46,806 nt of DNA from Syntrophaceae bacterium PtaB.Bin038 (GTDB taxonomy: Bacteria > Desulfobacterota > Syntrophia > Syntrophales > UBA2192). The stretch lies in the NCBI GenBank assembly GCA_002067855.1, contig MVQS01000086.1, positions 1 through 46,806 on the forward strand. The letters run 5' to 3'. The notes under the pieces were generated by a model. The model did not search any database and was not told where the DNA came from. It saw nothing but the letters and a program-made list of their open reading frames with translations. Positions 23,753 to 32,589 of the stretch are shown piece after piece. Positions within the stretch are counted from its first letter, which is position 1. Each line of letters opens with the position of its first letter. Made by a program: the position numbers and the translations under genes.

Positions 23753-23808
23753 ACCCGGGCCCGCCGCTCCAGGGCCGGGGATTTGCGCCGCCGACAACCG
23801 CCCGGTGT

Positions 23809-24144
23809 CTACTTTTTCTTCCCCGCGTCCTTCTTCTCGTCGTTGTCCCGGGCTGCGTTGATGTGCTTCTGCATCTTGTCTTTCTTGTCCGAGAAGAAGT
23901 CTTTCACGTTCTCCTTCACTTCGCCTGCCTTGGCCGTGATCTGGTCGACGACCCCCCGGAATTTCGTCTTCAGGTCGCCCGAGGGGCTGAAATGCTGAAA
24001 GGCCAGTATGGCCAGAACGACGACGGCGATGACGAGGGTGAGCTTGAAGAAGCGGGTTAGGAGCCAGAACAGACCCACGGCGGCAAGGATGATGAGGAGG
24101 ACGATCACCCCATTCTCGGACATGAACCCGGCAATGGCATCCAT
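23809..24144 (-). CDS. hypothetical membrane protein (two TM helices, lysine-rich tail)
   Basis: ATG 24144 lies 6 nt after AAGGGGGG. The GTG at 24147 in the ORF track is one codon upstream. The sequence begins MDAIAGFMSENGVIVLLIILAAVGLFWLL.... Confidence 0.55.
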   Translation of the reverse strand: MDAIAGFMSENGVIVLLIILAAVGLFWLLTRFFKLTLVIAVVVLAILAFQHFSPSGDLKTKFRGVVDQITAKAGEVKENVKDFFSDKKDKMQKHINAARDNDEKKDAGKKK

Positions 24145-24215
24145 CACGATCCCCCCTTGTGCAGTATGAACCCCTTTAACACGATTCCGCTGTGATATCC
24201 ACTAATTATTGCGCC

Positions 24216-24244
24216 TTGACAAACCTTGGCCCTCGGTCTAGATT
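24216..24244 (+). promoter_or_regulatory. sigma70-like promoter (TTGACA-N17-TAGATT) for the mtaB-rnc-radical SAM-era string
   Basis: TTGACA at 24216-24221 and TAGATT at 24239-24244. The ORF-track TTG start at 24226 falls inside this promoter. Confidence 0.45.
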
Positions 24245-24330
24245 GCAACTTCAAGAAACGTGCCGACGCGGGGGCTCCCCGCAACGCGGTGCCCCGTGGT
24301 GAGCCGCCGGCATCGGCAACGGGACGGCGC

Positions 24331-25698
24331 ATGAACGACGAGCGGGATAATCGGGTCCCGGGCCCGGACGGCCCGGCGGGGGGGCCCAGGAGGGTCGCCC
24401 TGGTGACGCTGGGCTGCAAGGTCAACCAGTGCGATTCGGCGGGCATCGCCCGGAGGCTCGAACAGCTGGGTCACACCCTGGTGGGATTCGACGCCGAGGC
24501 TGACATCTGCATTATCAATACCTGCACGGTCACCGCGCGGACGGATTTCCAGTCCCGGCAGCTCATCCGCAGGGCGGCGCGCCGGAACCCGTCGTCGCCG
24601 GTCATCGTGACGGGTTGCTACGCACAGGTGGCTCCGGAGCAGATCAAGGCTCTCCCCAATGTCCGCCTCGTTGCGGGCAATGTCGAAAAAGAGCTCATCC
24701 CGGAACTCGTGGGGCGGCTCAACGGGGGCCCCGCAGAAGTGCGGGTGCAGGACATCGGGCGGGCCCGGCGCTTTTCCGGCCTCGGAGCCGACCGCGTCCC
24801 CGGAAGGACAAGGGCCTTTCTCAAGATCCAGGACGGGTGCAATGCCCGCTGCAGCTACTGCATCGTCCCGTCCGCCCGCGGGCCAAGCCGCAGCATGCCG
24901 CCCGGGGATGTCCTCGAGCGCCTGGCGGACCTGGCCGCGTCGGGCTGCCGCGAGATTGTACTGACGGGGGTGCACCTGGGCGCATGGGGGGCGGACCTGA
25001 CCCCGGCGACGGGTCTTCCGCGCCTGCTCCGGCGACTCGAGGAGGCCGGAGCCGCCTTGAGGATCCGCCTCAGTTCGATCGAGCCGCTCGAGGTGACGGG
25101 GGAGCTGATCTCCCGCCTGCGGGAATCGAGGATCCTGTGCCCCCATTTGCACATCCCCCTCCAGAGCGGCGACGACCGAATCCTCTCCGCCATGGGAAGG
25201 CATTACGACCGGCGTTTTTTCAGGGACCTCGTTCACAGGCTCGTGGACGAGATTCCGGGTGTCGCCGTCGGTGTGGATGTGATGGCGGGATTCCCCGGCG
25301 AGGGGGACCTGGAGTTCGAGAACACGCTCGAGCTGCTGCGCGGCCTGCCGGTCGCCTATCTCCATGTCTTCCCCTACTCGGAACGGCCGGGCACGGAGGC
25401 GGCGACGCTGCCCGGGAAGGTCGACGGGCCCCTGCGCGCCCGGCGCGCCGCGGAGCTCAGGGCCCTGGGCCTCGCCAAGCGGGAGGACTTCGCAAAACAG
25501 GCCGTCGGATCGAGACAGACCGTGCTCGTCGAGGGAAGCCGCGACAGGAAGACGGGCCGCCTGAAAGGGTTCACCGGCAATTACATCCCGGTGCTCCTGA
25601 CGGGGGTGAGCAACGAGTCGATGAACCGCCTGATCGATGTCGTCATCGAATCCGCCGAGGCCGGGACGGCGTGCGCCCGGGTCTGCCATGAACAGTGA
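24331..25698 (+). CDS. mtaB: tRNA t6A37 methylthiotransferase MtaB (radical SAM, UPF0004 + TRAM domains)
   Basis: I set the start at ATG 24331. N-terminal VALVTLGCKVNQCDSAGI..., radical SAM motif GCNARCSYCIVP, and a C-terminal TRAM-like region. Confidence 0.85.
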   Translation: MNDERDNRVPGPDGPAGGPRRVALVTLGCKVNQCDSAGIARRLEQLGHTLVGFDAEADICIINTCTVTARTDFQSRQLIRRAARRNPSSPVIVTGCYAQVAPEQIKALPNVRLVAGNVEKELIPELVGRLNGGPAEVRVQDIGRARRFSGLGADRVPGRTRAFLKIQDGCNARCSYCIVPSARGPSRSMPPGDVLERLADLAASGCREIVLTGVHLGAWGADLTPATGLPRLLRRLEEAGAALRIRLSSIEPLEVTGELISRLRESRILCPHLHIPLQSGDDRILSAMGRHYDRRFFRDLVHRLVDEIPGVAVGVDVMAGFPGEGDLEFENTLELLRGLPVAYLHVFPYSERPGTEAATLPGKVDGPLRARRAAELRALGLAKREDFAKQAVGSRQTVLVEGSRDRKTGRLKGFTGNYIPVLLTGVSNESMNRLIDVVIESAEAGTACARVCHEQ

Positions 25699-26428
25699 CC
25701 GCCTGACGCGTCTCGAAGCCCTCGAGGAAGCCCTGGGGTACCGGTTCAACGACCGCTCCCTGCTGGACTGCGCCCTCACGCACCGTTCCTACGCGAACGA
25801 GAACCCGGATCAGCTGAAGCAGGACAACGAGCGCCTCGAGTTCCTCGGCGATGCCGTGCTGACCCTGTGCATCAGCGACATGCTGATGAAGAAATTCCCG
25901 GACTTCACGGAGGGGGATCTCTCCAAGATCCGCTCCTCCATCGTCAACGAAAAGCCTCTTGCCAGGCTCGCCAGGGAACTTCACCTGGGGGACTACCTGC
26001 TCCTCGGCAGGGGCGAGGAGATCTCCGGGGGGAGGCGGAAAAGCTCGCTTCTCGCCAATGCGCTGGAGGCCATCATCGCCGCCGTTTATTGCGACGCGGG
26101 CTTTGACGGGGTGTGCGACTTTGTCGGCAGGCGTTTCCTGCCCTTGCTGGACACGGGCGACATCAAGATCCTCTACCGGGACTACAAGACCCGCCTCCAG
26201 GAGATCGCCCAGAACCGTTTCCGGATTATCCCGAGGTACAGCGTACTGCGGGAGTTCGGTCCCGACCACGACAAGGTTTTCCAGATCCTGGTGAGCGTCG
26301 GCGACATCGTGAGCAAGGCCGGTCTGGGCCGCAACAAGAAGGAGGCCGAGCAGCGGGCCGCCAGGAAAGCGCTCGAGGCCATCGAAAACCTCCAGCCCCC
26401 TGACGATGGAGAAGACGTGCAGGAGTGA
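25688..26428 (+). CDS. rnc: ribonuclease III
   Basis: I set the start at ATG 25688 (MNSDRLTRLEALEEALGYRFND...), which overlaps mtaB by 11 nt. RNase III signature ERLEFLGDAVL. The C-terminal dsRBD is ...GRNKKEAEQRAARKALE. Confidence 0.92.
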   Translation: MNSDRLTRLEALEEALGYRFNDRSLLDCALTHRSYANENPDQLKQDNERLEFLGDAVLTLCISDMLMKKFPDFTEGDLSKIRSSIVNEKPLARLARELHLGDYLLLGRGEEISGGRRKSSLLANALEAIIAAVYCDAGFDGVCDFVGRRFLPLLDTGDIKILYRDYKTRLQEIAQNRFRIIPRYSVLREFGPDHDKVFQILVSVGDIVSKAGLGRNKKEAEQRAARKALEAIENLQPPDDGEDVQE

Positions 26429-26543
26429 GGGCTGCACCGCGGCAGAAAGAAAAGTGGAAGAGTCGCCCTTCCCCAGCGCAAAACTCGCAACTCAAAGCTC
26501 AACACGTTCTATCTCTGAACCGAATAGACCGGAGAGACCGATA

Positions 26544-27602
26544 TTGCGCCCCCTGATCATCCCCTTCTTCCTCCGCAACCGCGGCTGCCGCCACCGGTGC
26601 GTATTCTGCAACGAGAGGGTCATCGCCGGCAATGCCCCCCCGGTCACGGAGGACGCCATGCGCAGAGCGGTTCGTGAATACCTTGCATCCAGCGGCGGGC
26701 GCTACCGCCCTGCGGAGATCGCCTTTTACGGCGGGAGCTTCACGGGCATGCCCCTCGACGAACAGATGGAGCTTCTGGGCGTGGCATCAGCGCTCATCAG
26801 GGAAGGGGCCGTTCAGGGCATCCGGATCTCCACCCGCCCCGACGACGTCGACGGGGAGAGGCTCTGCCTTCTGGCATCGATGGGCGTCCGGACCGTGGAA
26901 ATCGGGGCCCAATCGATGGACGACGAGGTGCTCCGGATGTCGGGACGGGGCCACAGCGCCGGCGATATCCGAAGGGCCGCGGCGCTCTGCAAGGCAAAGG
27001 GGTTCGAGACGGGCCTTCACCTCATGGCGGGGCTCCCCGGGCAGAACCGGGAGTCGTTCGAGGCCACCGTCGCGGACGTGGTCCGGGTCGCCCCGGACTC
27101 GGTCCGGATCCACCCCGTCCTTGTCTTTCGCGACACGGAATTGGCGCGCCTTCACGCTCGCGGGACCTACCGGCCCCTCTCCCTCGACGAGGCGGTGACC
27201 TGGTGCAAGGGAGCCCTCCTGAGCTTTGCAAGGGCGCGCATTCCCGTCATCCGCCTCGGGCTTCAGGCGACCGGCGAGATGCGCGAGGAAGGGTGCATCC
27301 TCGCCGGTCCCTGGCACCCCGCCTTCCGGGGTCTCGTGGAAGCGGAGATCTTCCGGGAGATGGCATGGGAGCTGATGGACAGGGTTCCCTCGAATGCGCA
27401 CGAAGCGGTTTTTCACGTGGCGCCGGCGGACCTCTCCAGCTTCCACGGCCCCGGGGGACGGAACCGCCTGCTGCTCGAGTCGAGATTCGGCGTGCCCGTT
27501 GCAGCCAAACCGGACCCGGCCATCCCGAGGGGCACCCTCAAGCTTCAGGACGGACAGAGGGAACACGGGACATCGATCCGGGAGGTCTCCCCACGTGTTT
27601 AA
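26544..27602 (+). CDS. radical SAM protein, Elp3-like catalytic domain without a GNAT domain
   Basis: The CxxxCxxC motif lies in IPFFLRNRGCRHRCVFCNE. I prefer TTG 26544 as the start because a GGAGAG SD lies 7 nt upstream. The stretch 26406-26543 has low GC3 and contains heptad words (26482-26502). The ORF-track ATG at 26406 is the alternative. Confidence 0.72.
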   Translation: MRPLIIPFFLRNRGCRHRCVFCNERVIAGNAPPVTEDAMRRAVREYLASSGGRYRPAEIAFYGGSFTGMPLDEQMELLGVASALIREGAVQGIRISTRPDDVDGERLCLLASMGVRTVEIGAQSMDDEVLRMSGRGHSAGDIRRAAALCKAKGFETGLHLMAGLPGQNRESFEATVADVVRVAPDSVRIHPVLVFRDTELARLHARGTYRPLSLDEAVTWCKGALLSFARARIPVIRLGLQATGEMREEGCILAGPWHPAFRGLVEAEIFREMAWELMDRVPSNAHEAVFHVAPADLSSFHGPGGRNRLLLESRFGVPVAAKPDPAIPRGTLKLQDGQREHGTSIREVSPRV

Positions 27603-28485
27603 GTCGGGATTCATTGCCATCGTCGGGCGGCCCAACGTGGGCAAGTCCACGCTGCTGAACGCCATCGTGGGCGAGAAGCTCGCCATCACGAGCAGCAAGC
27701 CCCAGACGACGAGAAACCGGATCACGGGGATCCGCAACACCGCGGACGGGCAGTTCATCTTCCTCGACACACCGGGCATCCATCAGGCAAAGACGCCCCT
27801 GAACCGCTACATGGTGAAGGCGGCGACGAGCGCCTTCGGCGAGGTCGACCTGGTCCTGCTCCTCGTCGAGGCCGACCGGGGCTTCGACCCCGGGGACGCC
27901 CTCATTGTCGACGCCCTGCGGACGGCGGACGTGCCGGTCTTCCTGGTCATCAACAAGATCGACCTCGTGGCAAAACCGATGCTGCTGCCCCTGATCGACC
28001 GCTTCCGCGGTCTTCACGACTTCCGCGAGATCGTTCCCGTATCGGCCGCCACGGGCGACGGCGTGGACCGCCTTCTCGATCTGATACGCGACGCGATTCC
28101 CGAAGGTCCGAAACTCTTTCCCGACGACCTGTTCACGGACAACTCCGAGCGGTTCATCGCCGCCGAGATCGTGCGGGAGAAGATCCTCGAGCTGACCCAC
28201 CGTGAAATCCCCTACGCGACGGCCGTCACGGTGGATTCCTTCAAGGAGGACGAGGGGAAAGACCGGATCCGCATCACCGCCACGATCACCGTGGAGAAGG
28301 ATTCCCAGAAGGGCATCCTGATCGGCAAGGGCGGCAGGATGCTCAAGGAGATCGGGACGCAGGCCCGCCTGGAAATGGAGAAGTTCTTCGCCGCGAAGAT
28401 CTTCCTGGAGCTCTTCGTCCGCGTGCGGAAGGACTGGACGAAAGACGCCAGGTGGCTGAAGGAGTTCGGCTACGGAGACAAATAA
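27595..28485 (+). CDS. era: GTPase Era
   Basis: GTG 27595 with a GGGAGG SD, overlapping the previous gene by 8 nt. VFKSGFIAIVGRPNVGKSTLLN (G1), DTPG (G3), NKID (G4), and a C-terminal KH domain. Confidence 0.92.
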   Translation: MFKSGFIAIVGRPNVGKSTLLNAIVGEKLAITSSKPQTTRNRITGIRNTADGQFIFLDTPGIHQAKTPLNRYMVKAATSAFGEVDLVLLLVEADRGFDPGDALIVDALRTADVPVFLVINKIDLVAKPMLLPLIDRFRGLHDFREIVPVSAATGDGVDRLLDLIRDAIPEGPKLFPDDLFTDNSERFIAAEIVREKILELTHREIPYATAVTVDSFKEDEGKDRIRITATITVEKDSQKGILIGKGGRMLKEIGTQARLEMEKFFAAKIFLELFVRVRKDWTKDARWLKEFGYGDK

Positions 28486-28520
28486 GGGTTCAGGGACCAG
28501 GTACAGGGGCCGGGACAAGA
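28486..28520. repeat. G-run heptads GGGTTCA GGGACCA GGTACAG GGGCCGG GACAAGA; left inverted arm flanking the four-helix-bundle ORF
   Basis: It starts 1 nt after the era stop. It is about 80% complementary to 28811-28841 and contains the core AGGGTTCAGGG, which is the reverse complement of CCCTGAACCCT. Confidence 0.8.
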
Positions 28521-28521
28521 G

Positions 28522-28806
28522 ATGAAAGAGGAACTGTTCGGGATCGTATCGCAGATGCGTAGGTGTGCCGTATCGATACCGTGTAACACTTCAGAAGGCT
28601 ACTGCAGAAACCATCGAAAAGAATACCTGCATTTCCTGAACGTAGCGATCGGATCACGCGTAGAACTGGAGACGCTGCTATCCCTTTCGAAGGATCCGGC
28701 CGATCTTTCCGACAAGGACTCTGAAACTCTCTGCGATGGGCGCGAGGAAGTATCCAAGCTATTATGGATATTGGCGGCATCCTTGCGAAAGAAGGATGCT
28801 GCGTGA
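28522..28806 (+). CDS. four-helix-bundle protein (23S rRNA intervening-sequence / Avd-like family), N-terminally truncated; possible remnant
   Basis: 94 aa. EELFGIVSQMRRCAVSIPCNTSEGYCRNHRKEYLHFLNVAIGSRVELETLL matches the family core (..Q.RRAA.SI..NIAEG....S..E...FL.IA.GS..E.....). In full-length members this core begins around residue 40. An in-frame TAA at 28483-28485 (the era stop) precludes a longer N-terminus. Confidence 0.6.
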   Translation: MKEELFGIVSQMRRCAVSIPCNTSEGYCRNHRKEYLHFLNVAIGSRVELETLLSLSKDPADLSDKDSETLCDGREEVSKLLWILAASLRKKDAA

Positions 28807-28848
28807 TTTTCCCTGGACCCTGTACCCCGGACCCTGTACCCTGATTCC
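28807..28848. repeat. C-run heptads TTTTCCC TGGACCC TGTACCC CGGACCC TGTACCC TGATTCC; right inverted arm, ending exactly at the der ATG
   Basis: Six units in perfect 7-nt register between the stop at 28804-28806 and ATG 28849. There are five C3-4 tracts with 3-4 nt loops, which makes a G-quadruplex motif on the minus strand. Confidence 0.85.
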
Positions 28849-30198
28849 ATGAAACCTTTAATTGCCATCATCGGCCGGCCCAATGTCGGCAAGTCCACGC
28901 TCTTCAACAGGCTCTCGGAGCGGAAGAAGGCCATCGCCATCGACCAGCCGGGAGCCACGCGCGACCGCAACTACGCCGACGCGTCCTGGAACGGACGGTC
29001 CTTCACCGTCGTCGACACGGGCGGCTTCGAGCCCGTCTCGACGGAAACGATCCTCATGCAGATGCGCGAGCAGACCCGGCTCGCCATGGAACAGGCCGAC
29101 ATCATCATCTTCCTCATGGACGGGAAGGACGGCCTCACGCCCTCCGACGAGGAGATCGTGCGGCAGCTGCGCTCCTACGGCAAGCCCGTCTTCTACGCCG
29201 TCAACAAGATCGACGGCCCCCGCCACGACGTCAACGTCTTCGATTTCTACCGCCTCGGGATCGAGCCCCTATACACGATCTCGGCCGAGCACGGGCGCGG
29301 GGTGGACGAGCTGATGGATGCCGCGACGGCAACCATCCCGGCGACAGAGCCCGCGGGTGAAGAGGCCCATTCCGGGGAAGAGGTAGAGGAGCCGATCCGG
29401 ATCGCCGTCGTGGGCCGCCCCAACGTGGGGAAATCCTCCCTGGTCAACAGGATCCTCGGTTACGAGCGGACCATCGTCAACCCCCTGCCCGGCACGACGC
29501 GGGACTCGATCGACACCCCCTTCGAGCGTGGGGGGCGCAGGTACGTCCTCGTCGACACGGCGGGGATCCGCAGGAAGAGCCGCATCAGCCAGAACCTCGA
29601 AAAATACAGTGTTATCGAGGCCTTGAAGACGCTGGACCGATGCGACGTCGCGCTCGTCCTCATCGACGGCGAGGAGGGGGTCACGGAACAGGACGCCAAG
29701 ATCGCGGGACTCGTCCTCGACAAGGGGGTCGCCTGCATCCTGGTCGTGAACAAGTGGGACCTCGTCGAGAAGGACAACAGCACGGTGGGAATCTACGTCG
29801 CCAAGCTGAGGGACGAGCTGAAGTTTCTCCAGTTCGCCCCCATCGTTTTCGTGTCGGCCCTGACGGGACAGCGGGTGGGGCGAATCTTCGAGCTGATCGA
29901 TGCGGTCTGGGCCGAGTTCACCAGACGCATCCCCACGGCGGAGCTCAACGCGCAGGTCGAACGATACGTCGCCGAGAACCCCGCACCCATGTACCGCAAC
30001 CGTCCCAACAAGATCGTCTATGCCACCCAGCCCCGGGTGAAACCGCCGACCTTCGTCTTCTTCGTCCGGGAACCCAAGGCGATCCATTTCTCCTATGAGC
30101 GCTACCTGGCCAACCGGATCCGGGAGGGCCTCGGCTTCCAGAGCGTACCCATCCGGCTCATCTTCCGCAAGCGACACCGGGAAAAGGACAGGAGATGA
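28849..30198 (+). CDS. der: ribosome-biogenesis GTPase Der (EngA), two tandem G domains plus a KH-like domain
   Basis: MKPLIAIIGRPNVGKSTLFN... and a second P-loop IAVVGRPNVGKSSLVN. There is no SD, because the C-run repeat abuts the ATG. Confidence 0.93.
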   Translation: MKPLIAIIGRPNVGKSTLFNRLSERKKAIAIDQPGATRDRNYADASWNGRSFTVVDTGGFEPVSTETILMQMREQTRLAMEQADIIIFLMDGKDGLTPSDEEIVRQLRSYGKPVFYAVNKIDGPRHDVNVFDFYRLGIEPLYTISAEHGRGVDELMDAATATIPATEPAGEEAHSGEEVEEPIRIAVVGRPNVGKSSLVNRILGYERTIVNPLPGTTRDSIDTPFERGGRRYVLVDTAGIRRKSRISQNLEKYSVIEALKTLDRCDVALVLIDGEEGVTEQDAKIAGLVLDKGVACILVVNKWDLVEKDNSTVGIYVAKLRDELKFLQFAPIVFVSALTGQRVGRIFELIDAVWAEFTRRIPTAELNAQVERYVAENPAPMYRNRPNKIVYATQPRVKPPTFVFFVREPKAIHFSYERYLANRIREGLGFQSVPIRLIFRKRHREKDRR

Positions 30199-30238
30199 CG
30201 GGGATCGGGGCGAGGGCCCCCTGCCCCCCTGAACCCTT
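30197..30238. repeat. heptads GACGGGG ATCGGGG CGAGGGC CCCCTGC CCCCCTG AACCCTT: G-runs folding onto C-runs directly after der
   Basis: Read in register from the der stop codon. It contains CCCTGAACCCT at 30227-30237. Confidence 0.7.
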
Positions 30239-30244
30239 GCTTTT

Positions 30245-30256
30245 CAGGAATTCCTG
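30245..30256. promoter_or_regulatory. perfect 12-bp palindrome CAGGAATTCCTG between -35-like TTGCTT and -10-like TAGAGA upstream of the liv operon
   Basis: The sequence is TTGCTT-ttCAGGAATTCCTGtgc-TAGAGA. It is a candidate operator. Confidence 0.3.
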
Positions 30257-30346
30257 TGCTAGAGAATCGCGGTGTTGGGTCCCGGCGCCCTCGGCGCACG
30301 CGTCTTTGTCCGGCTGTGTTTGAGGATACCGAAAAGGAGGAGAGCG

Positions 30347-31525
30347 ATGAAGATGAGACACCTGGCGGTTGCGTTCCTGATCCTGGGTCTGGCCGTTTCG
30401 CTGCCGGCACCCGCATTCTCCCAGGCAAAAGCCGACACGATCAAGATCGGCGTCTTCCTGCCCATGACGGGCGGTGTGGCAGCCTACGGCCAGGGTTCCT
30501 GGCAGGGCATCCAGGTCGCCCGTGACATGAAGCCGACGATTCTCGGCAAGAAGGTCGAGCTGGTCCTCGTAGACGACAAGAGCGACAAGATCGAGGCCGC
30601 CAACGCCGTCACGCGGCTGGTGGAAAAGGAAAAGGCCGTCGCCATCATCGGTTCCTCCATCAGCGGCAACACGATGGCCGGCGGGCCGATCGCCGAGAAG
30701 GCCGGCGTCCCCGTCGTCTCCCCCACGGCCACCAACCCCCTCGTGACCCAGGGCAAGAAGTACATCTTCCGCGTGTGCTTCATCGACCCCTTCCAGGGCG
30801 AGATGGCCGCCAAGTACGCCTACGAGACCCTGAAGAAGCGCAGGGCCGCCCTCATCATCGACAAGGCGCAGGATTACTGCGTGGGCCTGGCCGACTTCTT
30901 CGAGAAGAGCTTCACGAAACTCGGCGGCCAGATCGTGTCGAAGACCTACTGCCAGACCGGCGACAAGGACTTCACGGCCCAGATCTCGGCCATCAAGGCC
31001 AAGAACCCCGACGTGCTCTACATGCCCAACTACTACACCGAGGTCGCCCTTTCCATGAAGCAGGCCAAGGACCTCGGCCTGAACATCCCCGTGATCTCCG
31101 GCGACGGCGCCCAGGATAAGGCCCTCCTCGACATCGGCAAGCAGTATGTCGAGGGGCTGATGTTCACGGGCCACTTCGAGAAGGAGGCGGCCACCACGCC
31201 GCTGGCCAAGAAGTTCATCCCCGTCTACGAGAAGAAATTCGGCAAGGTCGGGACATTCGACGTCATGGGCGCCGACGCCTACTTTGTCCTGGCCGACGCG
31301 ATCGAGCGGGCGAAGTCGACGGAGGGCGCCAAGATCCGGGCGGCCCTGGCGAACACGAAGAACTTCAAGGGCATCTCCGGGACGATCAACATCGGCGAGG
31401 ACGGAAACGCGGTGAAGAGCCTCGTCATCGTCCAGGTCCGCGGCGGCGATTTCCGGTACGTGGCCACCGTGGATCCCCCCGGCGCGAAGCCAGAACCGAA
31501 GAAGGCGGCGCCGAAGATGAAATAG
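30347..31525 (+). CDS. branched-chain amino-acid ABC transporter substrate-binding protein (LivJ/LivK-like)
   Basis: I set the start at ATG 30347 (MKMRHLAVAFLILGLAVSLPAPAFSQAKADTIKIGVFLPMTGGVAAYG...) with an AAAAGGAGGAG SD and a signal peptide. Confidence 0.9.
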   Translation: MKMRHLAVAFLILGLAVSLPAPAFSQAKADTIKIGVFLPMTGGVAAYGQGSWQGIQVARDMKPTILGKKVELVLVDDKSDKIEAANAVTRLVEKEKAVAIIGSSISGNTMAGGPIAEKAGVPVVSPTATNPLVTQGKKYIFRVCFIDPFQGEMAAKYAYETLKKRRAALIIDKAQDYCVGLADFFEKSFTKLGGQIVSKTYCQTGDKDFTAQISAIKAKNPDVLYMPNYYTEVALSMKQAKDLGLNIPVISGDGAQDKALLDIGKQYVEGLMFTGHFEKEAATTPLAKKFIPVYEKKFGKVGTFDVMGADAYFVLADAIERAKSTEGAKIRAALANTKNFKGISGTINIGEDGNAVKSLVIVQVRGGDFRYVATVDPPGAKPEPKKAAPKMK

Positions 31526-31613
31526 GCGTGCACTCGATAGGACGGCGTACCGGAGAGGGGCGATGGAACGATCGCCCCTCTTTTGTAGACGTGCCGGTAC
31601 GGGGACGGGTTTC

Positions 31614-32501
31614 TTGGAACTGACCTTCTTCCTCCAGCAGATGATCAACGGCGTGGCCCTGGGGAGCCTCTACGGGCTCATCGCCATCGGCTACACCATG
31701 GTCTACGGCATCATCCGGCTCATCAACTTCGCCCACGGCGACGTCATGATGATGGGGTGCTACTTCGCCTATTTCGGCATCCTCATGTTCAGCCTGCCCT
31801 GGGGGGCCTCGTTCGTCGCCGCCATGGTCCTGACGGCGATCCTGGGCGTTCTGATCGACAAGGGCGCCTACGTGCCGGTGCGCCATGCCCCGCGGATCTC
31901 GGCCCTCATCACCGCCATCGGCGTTTCCTTCCTGCTGGAGAACCTCGGCCTGGTCGTCTTCGGGGGACGCCCGAAGGGCTTCACCACCCCGGACATGTTC
32001 GCCGAGGTCTACGAGATCGCCGGCCTGATGATCCCGGCCCTGGTCCTGTGGACGCCGCTGATCACCCTCATTCTTCTCTCGGGGATCCTCTTCATCATTC
32101 ACCGCACGAAGGCCGGCCGCGCCATGCGCTGCATCAGCCACGACATGGAGACGACGAGGCTCATGGGGGTGGACGTCAACCGGGTCATCTCCATCACCTT
32201 CGCCGTGGGCTCCGCGGCGGCGGCGGCCGGCGGGATCATGTGGGCCATGAGATACCCCGAGATCAACCCGCTCATGGGAATCATCCCCGGGCTCAAGGCA
32301 TTCGTGGCGGCCGTTCTCGGCGGCATCGGCAACGTCACCGGGGCCATGCTGGGCGGGCTGCTGCTCGGGCTGGCCGAGATCCTGCTTGTCGCCCTGATGC
32401 CCGAAATAGCTGGATATCGAGACGCGATCGCCTTCGGAATCTTGATCTTCATTCTCATCTTCCGCCCGACGGGGCTCATGGGGTCGAAATTGCCCGAATA
32501 G
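31614..32501 (+). CDS. livH: branched-chain amino-acid ABC transporter permease LivH
   Basis: The conserved N-terminus is (M)ELTFFLQQMINGVALGSLYGLIAIGYTMVYG. I prefer TTG 31614 as the start because codons 31563-31613 have low GC3 and add a non-conserved extension. ATG 31563 is the alternative. Confidence 0.85.
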   Translation: MELTFFLQQMINGVALGSLYGLIAIGYTMVYGIIRLINFAHGDVMMMGCYFAYFGILMFSLPWGASFVAAMVLTAILGVLIDKGAYVPVRHAPRISALITAIGVSFLLENLGLVVFGGRPKGFTTPDMFAEVYEIAGLMIPALVLWTPLITLILLSGILFIIHRTKAGRAMRCISHDMETTRLMGVDVNRVISITFAVGSAAAAAGGIMWAMRYPEINPLMGIIPGLKAFVAAVLGGIGNVTGAMLGGLLLGLAEILLVALMPEIAGYRDAIAFGILIFILIFRPTGLMGSKLPE

Positions 32502-32589
32502 GGGGACCGAGGTTCTAGAGTCGAGGAGCGCTGAGGAATGGAATCGATTTCACCGGTTGCCGTACCCTGACCGCCGGTTATTGGTTACG

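Noticed and set aside
28522-28806. Diversity-generating retroelement, because the Avd-family ORF is present
   Set aside because: There is no reverse transcriptase, no template/variable repeat pair and no target gene in the window. The ORF itself is truncated.
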